A DNA stretch of 64,000 nt, from positions 39,841 to 103,840 of the forward strand of contig CAVTXZ010000011.1 of the NCBI GenBank assembly GCA_963738755.1. The letters run 5' to 3'. The translations under genes and the position numbers were made by a program. The DNA comes from an uncultured beta proteobacterium (lineage in GTDB: Bacteria > Pseudomonadota > Gammaproteobacteria > Burkholderiales > Burkholderiaceae). The notes below the pieces were generated by a model that saw only the letters and a program-made list of their open reading frames with translations, ran no database searches and had not been told where the DNA came from. This document shows positions 51,170-61,349 of this stretch, piece by piece. Each line of letters starts with the position of its first letter. Position 1 is the stretch's first letter.

Positions 51170-51442
51170 TCAATTGACACTGCCTGCCGGCGCGTTGCTG
51201 TTCGCGACGTGGCTGGCGGCAGCCGCGGCGGCAGCGGCGAGCGCCTGCTTGTGCTGCGCGACCTGCTGCGCGAACACCGGGCTGACATCGGGGTACGATG
51301 CATCGGTGACGTAGTCGAGTCCGTTCTGTTGTGCTTCGATCAGTTCCTGATAGACCTCGGCACGAGTCTTGGCTTGCGCGAAAGCACTCGACGAAGCGGC
51401 GAGAACGACAACGGACAAAGCGGCAAAAGCGATCTTCTTCAT
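51170..51442 (-). CDS. DUF4148 domain secreted protein
   Basis: Signal peptide ending AFA, KTRAEVYQELIEAQQNG and SYP. Confidence 0.85.
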   Translation of the reverse strand: MKKIAFAALSVVVLAASSSAFAQAKTRAEVYQELIEAQQNGLDYVTDASYPDVSPVFAQQVAQHKQALAAAAAAAASHVANSNAPAGSVN

Positions 51443-51483
51443 GATGAACTCCGGTGAGTTTTGTGCGGGTTTGCATGAAGGAG

Positions 51484-51509
51484 AACCACGCCCTCGCGGT
51501 TTTTATTCC
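51484..51509 (-). promoter_or_regulatory. ECF-type promoter GGAATAAA-N15-GTT for the DUF4148 gene
   Basis: Exact motif about 40 bp upstream of the start. Confidence 0.72.
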
Positions 51510-51545
51510 TGTTTTCTTCGCCTCGAAAAAACATAGTTGGAATCC

Positions 51546-51571
51546 GGAATAAAACGGAGCGTGAACGGGTT
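51546..51571 (+). promoter_or_regulatory. ECF-type promoter GGAATAAA-N15-GTT (distal, anti-sigma 1)
   Basis: Exact motif. Confidence 0.65.
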
Positions 51572-51624
51572 TGCTCGTCGCGCGACTCTTCCCGGACGGT
51601 GTCGAACCGGCCTCTCACGCATAT

Positions 51625-51650
51625 GGAATAAACGCCAGCGCAGGCGTGTT
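51625..51650 (+). promoter_or_regulatory. ECF-type promoter GGAATAAA-N15-GTT (proximal, anti-sigma 1)
   Basis: Exact motif 38 bp upstream of the ATG. Confidence 0.72.
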
Positions 51651-51688
51651 CGCCACTCGATAGCCGACCTTCGACGAATGCCTACACC

Positions 51689-52414
51689 ATGCCTCCAGAC
51701 GACACCCCTTCCGGTTCGCCGCTTTCCGAAGCGGACATTCAGGCCTACGCCGACGGCACGTTGACGCCCGAACGCACCGCATTCCTGAAGGACTATCTGG
51801 GCAACGATCCTGCGGAGGCGCGCCGCGTGGCGTTCTATGGCAGGCTGAACGCGCAGATTCAGCAGGCGTTCCAGACCATCGACGAGCCGGTGAAAGGCCG
51901 CCCACGAGGCTGGCGCCGCCTGCTCGACCTGCTGAAATCGGCGGGGCCGCGCGGCAAGGCTGCGAATACGCTGGCGATGCTCGCTCTGACCCTGCTGGCA
52001 GTGAGCGGCTGGCTCGCCGCCACTCAGGTGTCCGCGCAGGCGCTCAATAACGCCGCCGTAATGGCGTTGGCGGAAACCGCCGCGGCGCCGTATTCCGCTG
52101 CGTCACCGACACGCGTCGATCCGGCGGCTCCCGATCTCGCCGCAATCGGTTTGCGTCTCGTGGACCAAAGGGCGCTATCGCTCGGCCCTTTCCAGCGCGC
52201 CAATGCCTTCCTCTATCTGAACGGGGACAACCGCCCTGTCGTGGTGATTTCCGCCCTCGCGCTGCTTGCGCCGGCGCAGCCGCAATGGGCCGCGCGCCGC
52301 ATTGGCGAGATCCGCCTGCTGACCTGGACGGCCGAGCGCCAGCGCTTCGTGGTGGCCGGCGACGCCCGTACGCACGGTCTGATGCGCGCAGCCGACGTCA
52401 TGACCATGCGCTGA
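51689..52414 (+). CDS. Anti-sigma factor-like transmembrane protein 1
   Basis: SEADIQAYADGTL anti-sigma N-terminus, one TM helix and APDLAAIGLRL periplasmic part. Confidence 0.8.
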   Translation: MPPDDTPSGSPLSEADIQAYADGTLTPERTAFLKDYLGNDPAEARRVAFYGRLNAQIQQAFQTIDEPVKGRPRGWRRLLDLLKSAGPRGKAANTLAMLALTLLAVSGWLAATQVSAQALNNAAVMALAETAAAPYSAASPTRVDPAAPDLAAIGLRLVDQRALSLGPFQRANAFLYLNGDNRPVVVISALALLAPAQPQWAARRIGEIRLLTWTAERQRFVVAGDARTHGLMRAADVMTMR

Positions 52415-52448
52415 TGTCCAGGGCCACATCAACGGCCGTGCAATCACA

Positions 52449-52473
52449 GGAATAAAATGCGTGCACGCGTGTT
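52449..52473 (+). promoter_or_regulatory. Autoregulatory ECF promoter GGAATAAA-N14-GTT
   Basis: Upstream of the sigma/anti-sigma pair. Confidence 0.72.
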
Positions 52474-52554
52474 TGCATCTCACCTGCGCGTGATGGTCCG
52501 ACCGGCAACTGCCGCTCCGACGCGTCACGTGAAGCCCCTCGATTGGGAAGAAAA

Positions 52555-53073
52555 ATGGATGTCCGTGACGAGTTGATGGAGCATGTGCCGCGCTTGCGGC
52601 GCTACGCACGCGCATTGATCAACAACCGCGATCTCGCCGACGATCTGGTGCAGGACACGCTTGAGCGCGCGCTCGGCCGCACCGGTTTGTTCCAGCAGGG
52701 CACCGACCTGCGCGCGTGGCTGTTTACGATCATGCATAACGTGTTCGCCAATCAGGCGCGCAAAGCCTCGGCGCGCGCCGTTCACGTCGCGGTCGACGAC
52801 GACAGCGTGCACGAAAGCGAATTTGCGGTGCCGTCCGACCAGACCCGCTCGCTGGAAATGCGCGACCTCGACTATGCGTTGCAGCGTTTGCCGGTGGAGC
52901 AGCGCGAAGTCGTGCTGCTGGTCGGCCTCGAGGAAATGAGCTACGCCGACGTGGCGCTCGCGCTCGACATTCCGATCGGCACGGTGATGTCGCGGCTTTC
53001 ACGCGGGCGCGAGCGGCTTCGGGCATTGATGGCGGGCACGCAGCCCGGTGCGAAATTACAGGTGGTGCGATGA
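52555..53073 (+). CDS. ECF RNA polymerase sigma factor (PrtI/ECF26-like)
   Basis: PRLRRYARAL, ADDLVQDTLERA, AWLFTIMHN and IPIGTVMSRLSRGR. Confidence 0.95.
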   Translation: MDVRDELMEHVPRLRRYARALINNRDLADDLVQDTLERALGRTGLFQQGTDLRAWLFTIMHNVFANQARKASARAVHVAVDDDSVHESEFAVPSDQTRSLEMRDLDYALQRLPVEQREVVLLVGLEEMSYADVALALDIPIGTVMSRLSRGRERLRALMAGTQPGAKLQVVR

Positions 53074-53891
53074 GCGACCAACAGATGCCGATCGGCGAAG
53101 AAGATCTCCACGCCTACGTGGACGGCACGCTATCCGACGAACGGCGTGCTCTTGTGGAGCGCGCGCTTGAACAGAACCCCGAGTTGGCCGCACGCGTTAG
53201 CGACTATTTCTCGCTGAACAGCATGTTCCATGAACGCTATGACCGAGTGCTGAGCGAACCCGTGCCCAGGCGCTTGCAGGCGCCCGCACCGCGCCGCTGG
53301 CGCATTGCCGCCAACTGGCCGCAGTTCGCCGGAATGGCCGCCGCGCTACTGCTGGGCGTGGGCATTGGCGTCGGCACGCATATGGGGCAGGACGTCGTCG
53401 CGCCGCTCGCGAGCCACCCGGACACACGCACAGTCAGTGCAAATGGCTCCGAGGGATTCGCCCGGCAAGCCGCCGTCGCGCACGTGGTCTATATGCCCGC
53501 CGTAGACCGGCCCGCCGATATCGACGCGGAGCATGAACAGGATTTCGTGCAGTGGCTGTCCAACCGGCTCGGCACCAACGTGCATCCGCCGATTCTTTCG
53601 AAGAGCGGTTTTAACCTGTCGGGTGGGCGCCTGTTGCCCGGCGCCGACGGACCGACCGCGCAGTTCATGTATCGCGGACCGAACGGCGAGCGCGTCACCT
53701 TATGCATCTCTCATCGTCAGGTGAGCGCGAACACCACCGCGTTCAAGCTGTATCAGGACGGACCGGTGAACGTGTTTTACTGGGTCGACGGCGATTTCGG
53801 CTACGCGGTGTCAGGCGGAATCGATCGCAAGGTGCTGCTGCAACTGTCGCATGACGTGTATTCGCAATTGACGGGTGCGGCGCCCGGTTAA
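53070..53891 (+). CDS. Cognate anti-sigma factor 2 (PrtR-like)
   Basis: EEDLHAYVDG, TM helix, AAVAHVVY, WLSNRLG and GGRLLP; ATGA overlap with the sigma gene. Confidence 0.9.
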   Translation: MSDQQMPIGEEDLHAYVDGTLSDERRALVERALEQNPELAARVSDYFSLNSMFHERYDRVLSEPVPRRLQAPAPRRWRIAANWPQFAGMAAALLLGVGIGVGTHMGQDVVAPLASHPDTRTVSANGSEGFARQAAVAHVVYMPAVDRPADIDAEHEQDFVQWLSNRLGTNVHPPILSKSGFNLSGGRLLPGADGPTAQFMYRGPNGERVTLCISHRQVSANTTAFKLYQDGPVNVFYWVDGDFGYAVSGGIDRKVLLQLSHDVYSQLTGAAPG

Positions 53892-54763
53892 CCTGGCGCG
53901 CCGTGCGATCTGGCCAGTTCGCGCGGCGTGACTCCGAGCAGGCGGTTCATCCAGTGCGCCATATGGCTCTGGTGTGCGAAGCCCGTCTCCAGCGCGATCT
54001 GACTCGCGCTCAAGCGGCCTTGCAGCAACAGATCCCGCGCGCGCTCCACGCGCCGCCGCACCACGTACTGATGCACCGGCATGCCAAGCGTTTCACGAAA
54101 CAGCGCCTTGAAATGCGGTACGCTCAGCCCGGCATGGGCGGCCAGGTCGGTGAGCGTCAAACGTTGATCCAGATGGGCTTCGATGAAGTCGATCACGCGC
54201 GCGGCGGTGTTCGGCGCGAGCGTGCGGCGCCTGTCATCGCGCGACGGCGCGTTTCCGATCAGCCGTACGATCATCGCCGTGCACAGGCTCTCGGCATAGA
54301 GCGGATCGGATGCATCGTCGGCTTCGAGTTCGGCGCGCAATGCCCAGGCCAGATGCTGAAAGCGCGGATCGCGCATCTGGAACTGCGGACGCAGTCGCAC
54401 CTCGTCCGACTTCAACTCCAGCTGCTCGACGGTCCGGCTCGCGAAGTCTTCACTGATCCACACGCTGAAAATCGTGCAGGCGGCGTCATCGCTCCATTGC
54501 CCGTCGAGCCCGGCGGGAATCACGTCGGCGTCGCCGTGCGCCTGGATGCGGGAATAACTGCGTTCGTTGCACACACAACGCGCCCTGACCGGCGCGCCCA
54601 CATGCACACCCACGCGATGATGTTTGAGCGCGGCAATCCGGTGCAGACCGGCGGACACGTTGACCAGGTCCGCACCGAAGCCCTGCCAGCCGAGCGTCTT
54701 GCTGGAGCGTAAAGCGATGCGGGAGCCCGTGTGCGGCTGCGGTAGCGGTGTCACGGCGTTCAT
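53888..54763 (-). CDS. AraC family regulator
   Basis: RVIDFIEAHLD, GLSVPHFKALFR and GFAHQSHM. Confidence 0.92.
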   Translation of the reverse strand: MNAVTPLPQPHTGSRIALRSSKTLGWQGFGADLVNVSAGLHRIAALKHHRVGVHVGAPVRARCVCNERSYSRIQAHGDADVIPAGLDGQWSDDAACTIFSVWISEDFASRTVEQLELKSDEVRLRPQFQMRDPRFQHLAWALRAELEADDASDPLYAESLCTAMIVRLIGNAPSRDDRRRTLAPNTAARVIDFIEAHLDQRLTLTDLAAHAGLSVPHFKALFRETLGMPVHQYVVRRRVERARDLLLQGRLSASQIALETGFAHQSHMAHWMNRLLGVTPRELARSHGAPG

Positions 54764-54969
54764 GGCTTCCCCTCGAAGACGGCAGTCAATGTCTGCGCAT
54801 TGTGCGGCTTTTTGCACCGCTTTGCTCGGCGAAGAGTTGCGCTGGCTGTCAGCGAAAGCAACGCCCTGAAAACAATCATCCGAATCTGCGCATCACGATC
54901 CTTGCGCGTGCGTCGGCGTGCAGATGCGTCCCTATGATGGCCGGACATCAGGTCGACAAGGAGTGCACC

Positions 54970-55878
54970 GTGTTTGTGATTTTTGGAGCAGCAGGCAATG
55001 TAGGACGTGTGAGCGCGGCGGCATTGCGCCGCGCCGGTCGCGAAGTGCGTGCGGTGGTTCGCAACGAGCAGCAAGGCAAACCGCTGGCGGAGATCGGCTG
55101 CAGCGTCGCGATTGCCGATCTGCTCGATCCATCGGCCGTTGAGCGGGCGATCGCAGGCGCCACCGCGGTGCAGATGCTGTGTCCGGTACCGCGTGCGGCG
55201 GCCGACCCCGCCGGCACGATGCGCCGCATGATCGACGTAAGCGCCGCCGTATTGCGCGCCAACCCGCCGCAACGTGTGCTGGCGCTTTCCGACTACGGCG
55301 CGGAACACGCAAGCGGCACGGGCATCACCACGCTTTTCCACTACCTCGAAACGCAACTCACGCCCGTCGCCTCCCAACGGACGCAACTGACGTTTCTGCG
55401 CGCCGCCGAACACATGCACAACTGGGCACGCGTGTTGCCGATTGCGCTCGCGAGAGGCGTGCTGCCGAGTGCGCATCGTCCGTTGAGCAAGCTGTTTCCG
55501 ACCGTTGCCGCGCAGGATGTCGGGTTGCTCGCCGCCGAGTTGCTACTCGACGAGAGACCTGTCAAGGCATCGCCACGTGTGGTCAGCATCGAGGGCGCGG
55601 ATCGAATCAGCGCACTGGACGTGGCGCACACATTCGGCGAATTGACCCAGCGGGAGGTCGTGGCGCGCGAAGTGACGTCCAGCGAGTGGGTCGCCATGCT
55701 TCAGGGCGCCGGACTCGGCGAACGTTATGCGCGCCTGATCGCCGATCTGTATGACGCCCACAACGCGGGCCGCATCGAGGTCGAAACGGAGATCAGCGAG
55801 CGGCGCTTTGGCAGCACCGCGCTGGCGGATGTTTTTGCGTCGCTGCTGCCGCGCGTCGCCGCGGCTGCCGCGCGCTAG
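54970..55878 (+). CDS. NmrA-family NAD(P)-binding protein
   Basis: FGAAGNVG Rossmann motif, VRAVVR and VAAQDVG; GTG start after AAGGAG; divergent from AraC. Confidence 0.88.
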   Translation: MFVIFGAAGNVGRVSAAALRRAGREVRAVVRNEQQGKPLAEIGCSVAIADLLDPSAVERAIAGATAVQMLCPVPRAAADPAGTMRRMIDVSAAVLRANPPQRVLALSDYGAEHASGTGITTLFHYLETQLTPVASQRTQLTFLRAAEHMHNWARVLPIALARGVLPSAHRPLSKLFPTVAAQDVGLLAAELLLDERPVKASPRVVSIEGADRISALDVAHTFGELTQREVVAREVTSSEWVAMLQGAGLGERYARLIADLYDAHNAGRIEVETEISERRFGSTALADVFASLLPRVAAAAAR

Positions 55879-56250
55879 ACAGCGCTCGTTAGAGAAGAAG
55901 CCATATGCATACATGCCCTTTGCAGCGCGCGTCCACGCAATCGCGCACCGTCGCGGCGCGACGCAATCCTCACTCGCGCACGGACCGCCGCGCCCGCCTC
56001 TGGCTGGCAGTCTCGGCAAGCTTTGCAGCGATAAGCGGCTGGCGGGCGCTGCGGGACCTGCTCAACGCGATTCCCGACTGTAACGATGACTTCGGCTTGT
56101 TCTAGGCCGACCTGAACCGGCACGCGGCGGCAGCGCCCCAACCGCAGCGGCAACGCCGTCTGCCGTCCTCCGTTTGCACGCGGCGGACGGGGTGCGCCGC
56201 TTATTCACGCCACGTTCCAGCAACAGAGCAGAAGCATGAATTCTCCGCGA

Positions 56251-57006
56251 CTAGTGCTGAATGATCCGGCTCAGAAAATCCTTTGTACGCGCCTGCCGGG
56301 CCGCCGGATTGCCGAAGAATTCATCGCGCGTGCAGTCCTCGAGAATGCGGCCGCCGACGTCCATGAAAATGATGCGCGTGCCGACGCGCGATGCAAATCC
56401 CATCTCATGCGTCACACACATCATGGTCATGCCGTCCTTCGCGAGCGCGGTCATCACGTCCAGCACCTCGCCGACCATTTCCGGATCGAGCGCGGATGTA
56501 GGTTCGTCGAACAACATGACGACGGGATCCATCGATAACGCACGCGCAATCGCAACTCGCTGTTGCTGCCCGCCCGACAACGTGCCCGGATATTTGTCCT
56601 TGTGCGCGAGGAGGCCAACGCGATCGAGCATCTTGAGGCCACGCGTTCGGGCCTCGTCGCGGCTGCGCCCGAGCACCTTCGTCTGCGCGAGCGTGAGGTT
56701 GTCGGTGACACTCAGATGCGGGAATAACTCGAAATGCTGAAACACCATACCGACACGGCTACGCATCTTCGGCAGGTTCGTTCGCGGTGAATTCACGTGC
56801 GTGCCATCGATATGGATAGCACCTTTCTGGATCGGCTCGAGTGCATTGATGGTCTTGATCAGTGTCGATTTACCCGACCCCGAAGGCCCGCATACGACGA
56901 CAACTTCGCCCTTCGCGATCGAGAAGGAGCAGCCGTCCAGCACCTGGACCGTGCCGTACCACTTCGAGACATCGCGCAGTTCGATCATCGGCTTCATCTG
57001 ACTCAT
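56251..57006 (-). CDS. Amino acid ABC transporter ATP-binding protein (GltL-like)
   Basis: [16 protein letters not shown] and FDEPTSALD. Confidence 0.95.
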   Translation of the reverse strand: MSQMKPMIELRDVSKWYGTVQVLDGCSFSIAKGEVVVVCGPSGSGKSTLIKTINALEPIQKGAIHIDGTHVNSPRTNLPKMRSRVGMVFQHFELFPHLSVTDNLTLAQTKVLGRSRDEARTRGLKMLDRVGLLAHKDKYPGTLSGGQQQRVAIARALSMDPVVMLFDEPTSALDPEMVGEVLDVMTALAKDGMTMMCVTHEMGFASRVGTRIIFMDVGGRILEDCTRDEFFGNPAARQARTKDFLSRIIQH

Positions 57007-57015
57007 GGAATTCCT

Positions 57016-57690
57016 TCAACGAATAATCTGCACTCGCTTCTGCACGCGCCGCACGGCTGCGGACAACGTCATGCAAGCGAGGAAATAGACGACTGCCGCA
57101 AGCAGGTAGGCTTCTACCGGCCGGCCGACATTCTTCCCAGCGGTTTCGAATCCCTTTAGCAGGTCGTACGCGCCGATGGCATAGACCAGCGACGTGTCCT
57201 GAAACAAAATGATGACTTGCGTCAGAAACACCGGCAGCATGTTGCGGAACGCCTGCGGAAGCACGACGAGTCGCATGTTCTGCCCGTACGTCATGCCAAG
57301 GGCAAAGCCCGCATTGAACTGACCTCGTGCGATAGCCTGAATCCCCGCGCGGACGATCTCGGAGAAGTACGCCGCTTCGAAGGCGACGAACGTCACGATC
57401 GCGGACATTTCCGCGCCAACGGGTCTGCCCGTCACGAACGGAATGATGAGGAAGAACCACAGCAGCACCATGACCAGCGGAATGGAGCGCATGATGTTCA
57501 CGTAGATGGCAACCGGCCGTTCGAGCGCCGGCTTGCCGAGCATGCGCACGAGAGCCAGTACCGTACCGAAGCCGATTCCGCCAAGCGTCGCCACGATGGT
57601 CAGCCACACGCTATAGCCCAGACCTTTCGCGACAAATGGCGCGACGACATCCCAGCGGAAGAAATCCAGGTCGAGAGTCCCGAGCATCAC
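57016..57690 (-). CDS. Amino acid ABC permease (GltK-like)
   Basis: [28 protein letters not shown] and LFQDTSLVY. Confidence 0.93.
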   Translation of the reverse strand: MMLGTLDLDFFRWDVVAPFVAKGLGYSVWLTIVATLGGIGFGTVLALVRMLGKPALERPVAIYVNIMRSIPLVMVLLWFFLIIPFVTGRPVGAEMSAIVTFVAFEAAYFSEIVRAGIQAIARGQFNAGFALGMTYGQNMRLVVLPQAFRNMLPVFLTQVIILFQDTSLVYAIGAYDLLKGFETAGKNVGRPVEAYLLAAVVYFLACMTLSAAVRRVQKRVQIIR

Positions 57691-57699
57691 CTACACTCC

Positions 57700-58455
57700 T
57701 CAATGAACGGCAGCGGCGCCCGCTGATGCAAACCCAGGAATTCGTGCCCGGCGCTCGACGACATGCATCAGGCGGTTCACACCGAACGCGGTCAGTCCAT
57801 ACAACAGGGTGACCGCGAGATACATCTGAATGGGTGAGGCGGTTTCCTCTCCTGCCTGCCGCGCGAAGAACGTCAACTCGGTGATCGAGACGGCGAAGGC
57901 GACAGACGAATTCTTCACGACGTTCATCGCCTCCGAAGTCAGCGGCGGAATGATGATGCGCAAGGCCATCGGCAGAAGTACATGGCGATAGCTTTGCGCT
58001 GTGGTCAGCCCCAGCGCGAGAGCCGCATTACGTTGACCACCCGAAAGCGAGCGAATGCCGGCGCGCACCTGCTCCGCGATGCGCGCCGACGTGAACAAGC
58101 CGATCGCAATGATGACGAGAACCGCAGCCGGGCACTTCTTGAGCAGCGGAAAGGCATCGGGTATGACGAAGTACCAGAGAAAGATCTGAACGAGCAGTGG
58201 AATGTCGCGGAAAAGCTCCACCCATGCCGCGCCGAGTGACGCAAGCCACGGCCGGTCCGGCAACGTGCGCAACGTCCCCACCGCCACGCCGACGATCAGC
58301 GCGACCAGCAGCGCACCGAGCGAGACCGTCAACGTCCAGCACCAGGCCGAAAGAATCCAGTTCAGGTAGGTCTGGTCGCCACGGCTGCCGAAGCAGCCTG
58401 CGATCGCATCGCCCGTCGTCGTTTCCTTGCAGAACACGCTCCAGTCCAGCGCCAT
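57700..58455 (-). CDS. Amino acid ABC permease (GltJ-like)
   Basis: WVELFRDIPLLVQIFLWYFV, AEQVRAGI and KNSSVA. Confidence 0.93.
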   Translation of the reverse strand: MALDWSVFCKETTTGDAIAGCFGSRGDQTYLNWILSAWCWTLTVSLGALLVALIVGVAVGTLRTLPDRPWLASLGAAWVELFRDIPLLVQIFLWYFVIPDAFPLLKKCPAAVLVIIAIGLFTSARIAEQVRAGIRSLSGGQRNAALALGLTTAQSYRHVLLPMALRIIIPPLTSEAMNVVKNSSVAFAVSITELTFFARQAGEETASPIQMYLAVTLLYGLTAFGVNRLMHVVERRARIPGFASAGAAAVH

Positions 58456-58485
58456 CTCATCTCTCCCCTTGTCGATACCGTTTCG

Positions 58486-59385
58486 TCACCGCGCCGCGTA
58501 GCTTTCCATCGGCAGATCGTTTGGCTGTGCCCACAGCTTGACCAGCGCTTCGGGCGGCTCCATGTTCATGCGGATTCCGCGTGGGGGAATCGGCTGGACA
58601 AACCATTTGCTCCACAGCGTTTTCATCTCGCCGCGGGCGTCCATCTTGCTGATCGTGCCGTCAACGACCTTCTTGAAGTCGGGATCGTCCTTGCGGAACA
58701 TGATGGCGATCGGTTCCGTGTTGAACGGCTCGCCCGTGACCGTATAAGCGGCCGGATTGCGCGAGGTCGCGATGGTCGCGCGCAGCACGCCTTGATCCAG
58801 GACCCAGGCATCCGCACGGCCCGATTCGAGCATCAGGAAGCTATCGGCGTGATCCTTACCGTAAAGATCCGTCCAGCTGAGGCCCGCTGCGCGTTCATGC
58901 TGACGCAGGTGCTGGATCGCGGTCGTTCCCGTCGTCGCCACCACCGTTTTTCCGGACAGGTCGCGCAAGTTGCGAATGCCTGAATCCGCCCGTACGGCCA
59001 TGCGATCTTCTTCGATATACGTCGTGATCGAGAACGCGACGTCGCGCGCACGCGCCTGGTTGTTCGTCGTCGAACCGCATTCGAGATCCACCGTGCCGTT
59101 CTGCACGAGCACCACACGATTCTGCGAATTGACGGTCTGATACTTCACATCGAGCTTAGGCAGGCCGAGCTGCGTTTGAATGGCGGAGACAATCTGTTTG
59201 CAGATGTCCATCTGAAAGCCGATGGGCTGGCCGTCGCCGCCCGTGTACGACAACGGAATCGAACTGTCCCGCACGCCAAGCGTGATCGACTGCGACGCCT
59301 TGATTTTCGCGAGCGTGGATTCCTCCGCTGCGGCGATCTGCGTCGTTACGCAGCAGACCATTGCGACCAGCATCCATGTTTTCAT
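58486..59385 (-). CDS. Amino acid ABC substrate-binding protein (GltI-like)
   Basis: Signal peptide, GVRDSSIPLSY, VDLECGSTTNN, GKDHADSFLMLESGRA and KWFVQPIPP. Confidence 0.93.
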   Translation of the reverse strand: MKTWMLVAMVCCVTTQIAAAEESTLAKIKASQSITLGVRDSSIPLSYTGGDGQPIGFQMDICKQIVSAIQTQLGLPKLDVKYQTVNSQNRVVLVQNGTVDLECGSTTNNQARARDVAFSITTYIEEDRMAVRADSGIRNLRDLSGKTVVATTGTTAIQHLRQHERAAGLSWTDLYGKDHADSFLMLESGRADAWVLDQGVLRATIATSRNPAAYTVTGEPFNTEPIAIMFRKDDPDFKKVVDGTISKMDARGEMKTLWSKWFVQPIPPRGIRMNMEPPEALVKLWAQPNDLPMESYAAR

Positions 59386-59588
59386 CGTCATCCTCCGATT
59401 GTTGCAAGTCCGCGAATTGCAGGTTGTGGACACATGCTCGGATGCGCAAAAAACCACGTCTATTCCGATTTCAGGAAGGCTTCGATACGCCGAGCCTATG
59501 GAAACGGCAATAAAAAAGCGGCGATGCCAATCGACATCGTCGCCAGCGTGTTATGGGTGGGAAGTGTCTAAAAATCGATGCCGGTCTG

Positions 59589-60260
59589 CTATCCGGTCAG
59601 CCCATGCGCTGCCAGCACCTTCTGAAGCCACGCCTGATCGCGAGCGCCCGTCGCGATCTCATCCTTGATGCGAGATTCGTTCGCAGCGATCCTCGCGACT
59701 GCATCGAGGATTCTTCGTGCGTCACTCGCCGGAAAGGACACGACACCATCTTCGTCTCCGACAACCAGATCGCCTGGCGTAACGACTTGTCCGCCGACCG
59801 AAACCGGCACATTGATCGCGCCAGGTCCGACTTTATAAGGCCCGCGATGACTCGAACCGCGCGCATAGCAAGGGAAATCGGCCTCGAAAAACGCGGCGCT
59901 GTCCCGGATAGCGGCATCCAGCACGAAGCCTGCGCATCCGCGCTGTCGTGCGTAAAGCATGATGAGTTCGCCGACCAGGGCGTTAGTCGTGTCCGCGCCG
60001 CCGTCCACGACGAGGACGTGACCGGGCGACATATCCATCAACGCCTTGTAGATCAGAAGATTGTCGCCAGGGCGCGTCTTGACGGTAAACGCGGTGCCGA
60101 CCAGTTTCCGGCTGCGGTGATAGCGTGTCAGGCCGACCACACCTGAAACGCGCTGCAGGCTGTCGCTGATATGCGGCGTCACGATCCGCCTTAGCGCTTC
60201 GACGACCTCGGACGGCGCCAGTGCGGGCGGCGGATGAATGCTGAACTCGGAACTCGACAC
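59589..60260 (-). CDS. RraA family protein (HMG-aldolase-like)
   Basis: TPHISDSL, GTAFTVKTRPGDNL, VGE-X20-RD and PGDLVVGDEDGVV. Confidence 0.9.
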   Translation of the reverse strand: MSSSEFSIHPPPALAPSEVVEALRRIVTPHISDSLQRVSGVVGLTRYHRSRKLVGTAFTVKTRPGDNLLIYKALMDMSPGHVLVVDGGADTTNALVGELIMLYARQRGCAGFVLDAAIRDSAAFFEADFPCYARGSSHRGPYKVGPGAINVPVSVGGQVVTPGDLVVGDEDGVVSFPASDARRILDAVARIAANESRIKDEIATGARDQAWLQKVLAAHGLTG

Positions 60261-60407
60261 GGCAACGCTCCTCTTCGATGGCGGGATCAACTTCCCGCAA
60301 ACGCACGGGAGAGCGCGGCCAATATCGGGCATCCTCATCATTCTGTAAATTCCGAAGATCGGAACGAATCGTTCTGCCGGGCGTATCGAATGTGCCCGCT
60401 TCCAGGC

Positions 60408-61349
60408 TCAAGCCGTTCGCCTCTTGCGCGCCGCAGGTGCCTTCCCGAGCTGAACCATTCTGCTGCGGGATAGCGCCTCAACGGCTGTGTCGACGATCGG
60501 ATTCGCCCGCTCGGTAGACCACGCGACGGCCGTAGTGACGACCGTGACCGCCTCTTTTAGCGGCCGGAACACGACGTTATCCGCCGCCATCTTTTTTAGC
60601 GAATCGGGGACGAGCGCGATGCCCTGTCCACATCCGACGAAAGCGATCTGCGACGCCACAGAGCGCACTTCGTGCAGCACGCGTGGCGAAAACCCTGCGC
60701 CGCGGCACGTCGCGATGATGCTGTCGTAGTAATTCGGACTGAAGTGCCGCGAAAACATGACGAACGCTTCGTCAGCAAGCGACGCAAGCCGCACGCGCGG
60801 CAATTCTGCAAAGCGATGCGTCTTCGGCAAGGCCACCGCAAGGCGGTCCTGCTTGAGCGCTAACGATTGAATCGACGGCCCCTGCTCTCCCTCGAGGCGC
60901 GCGAATGCAAGATCGATGTCGCCGCGTTCGAGTGCTGGGACCGCCTCGACACTGTCGATCTCCTTGACCGAGACGGTTAGCTGGGGAAACTGCGCCTTCA
61001 GATTCTCGATGAAGGGCGGAAGCGTATCGATCATCGCGGACGTGATGGCGCCGATCGTTAATACACCGCTCTTTCCCTGCGTCGCTTCCTGTACCGAGAG
61101 TTCCAGACGCTCGAGTTGCTCGGCGAATTTTCGAACGGCCGGCAGGATTGCAGCGCCGACCTGCGTCAGCTTTGCGCCATGCCGTCCGCGTTCGAACAGC
61201 TTGACCTTCAGCGCCTGTTCGAGCACCTGGATCTGTTCGGTCAAAGGCGGCTGGGACATACCGAGCCGCTGGGCGGCACGGCCGAAATGCTCTTCTTCGG
61301 CGACGGCGAGGAACAACCATAAATGGCGAACGAGTCGAAAGTTGATCAT
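60408..61349 (-). CDS. LysR family regulator
   Basis: EEEHFGRAAQRLGMSQPPLTEQIQVLE. Confidence 0.95.
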   Translation of the reverse strand: MINFRLVRHLWLFLAVAEEEHFGRAAQRLGMSQPPLTEQIQVLEQALKVKLFERGRHGAKLTQVGAAILPAVRKFAEQLERLELSVQEATQGKSGVLTIGAITSAMIDTLPPFIENLKAQFPQLTVSVKEIDSVEAVPALERGDIDLAFARLEGEQGPSIQSLALKQDRLAVALPKTHRFAELPRVRLASLADEAFVMFSRHFSPNYYDSIIATCRGAGFSPRVLHEVRSVASQIAFVGCGQGIALVPDSLKKMAADNVVFRPLKEAVTVVTTAVAWSTERANPIVDTAVEALSRSRMVQLGKAPAARKRRTA

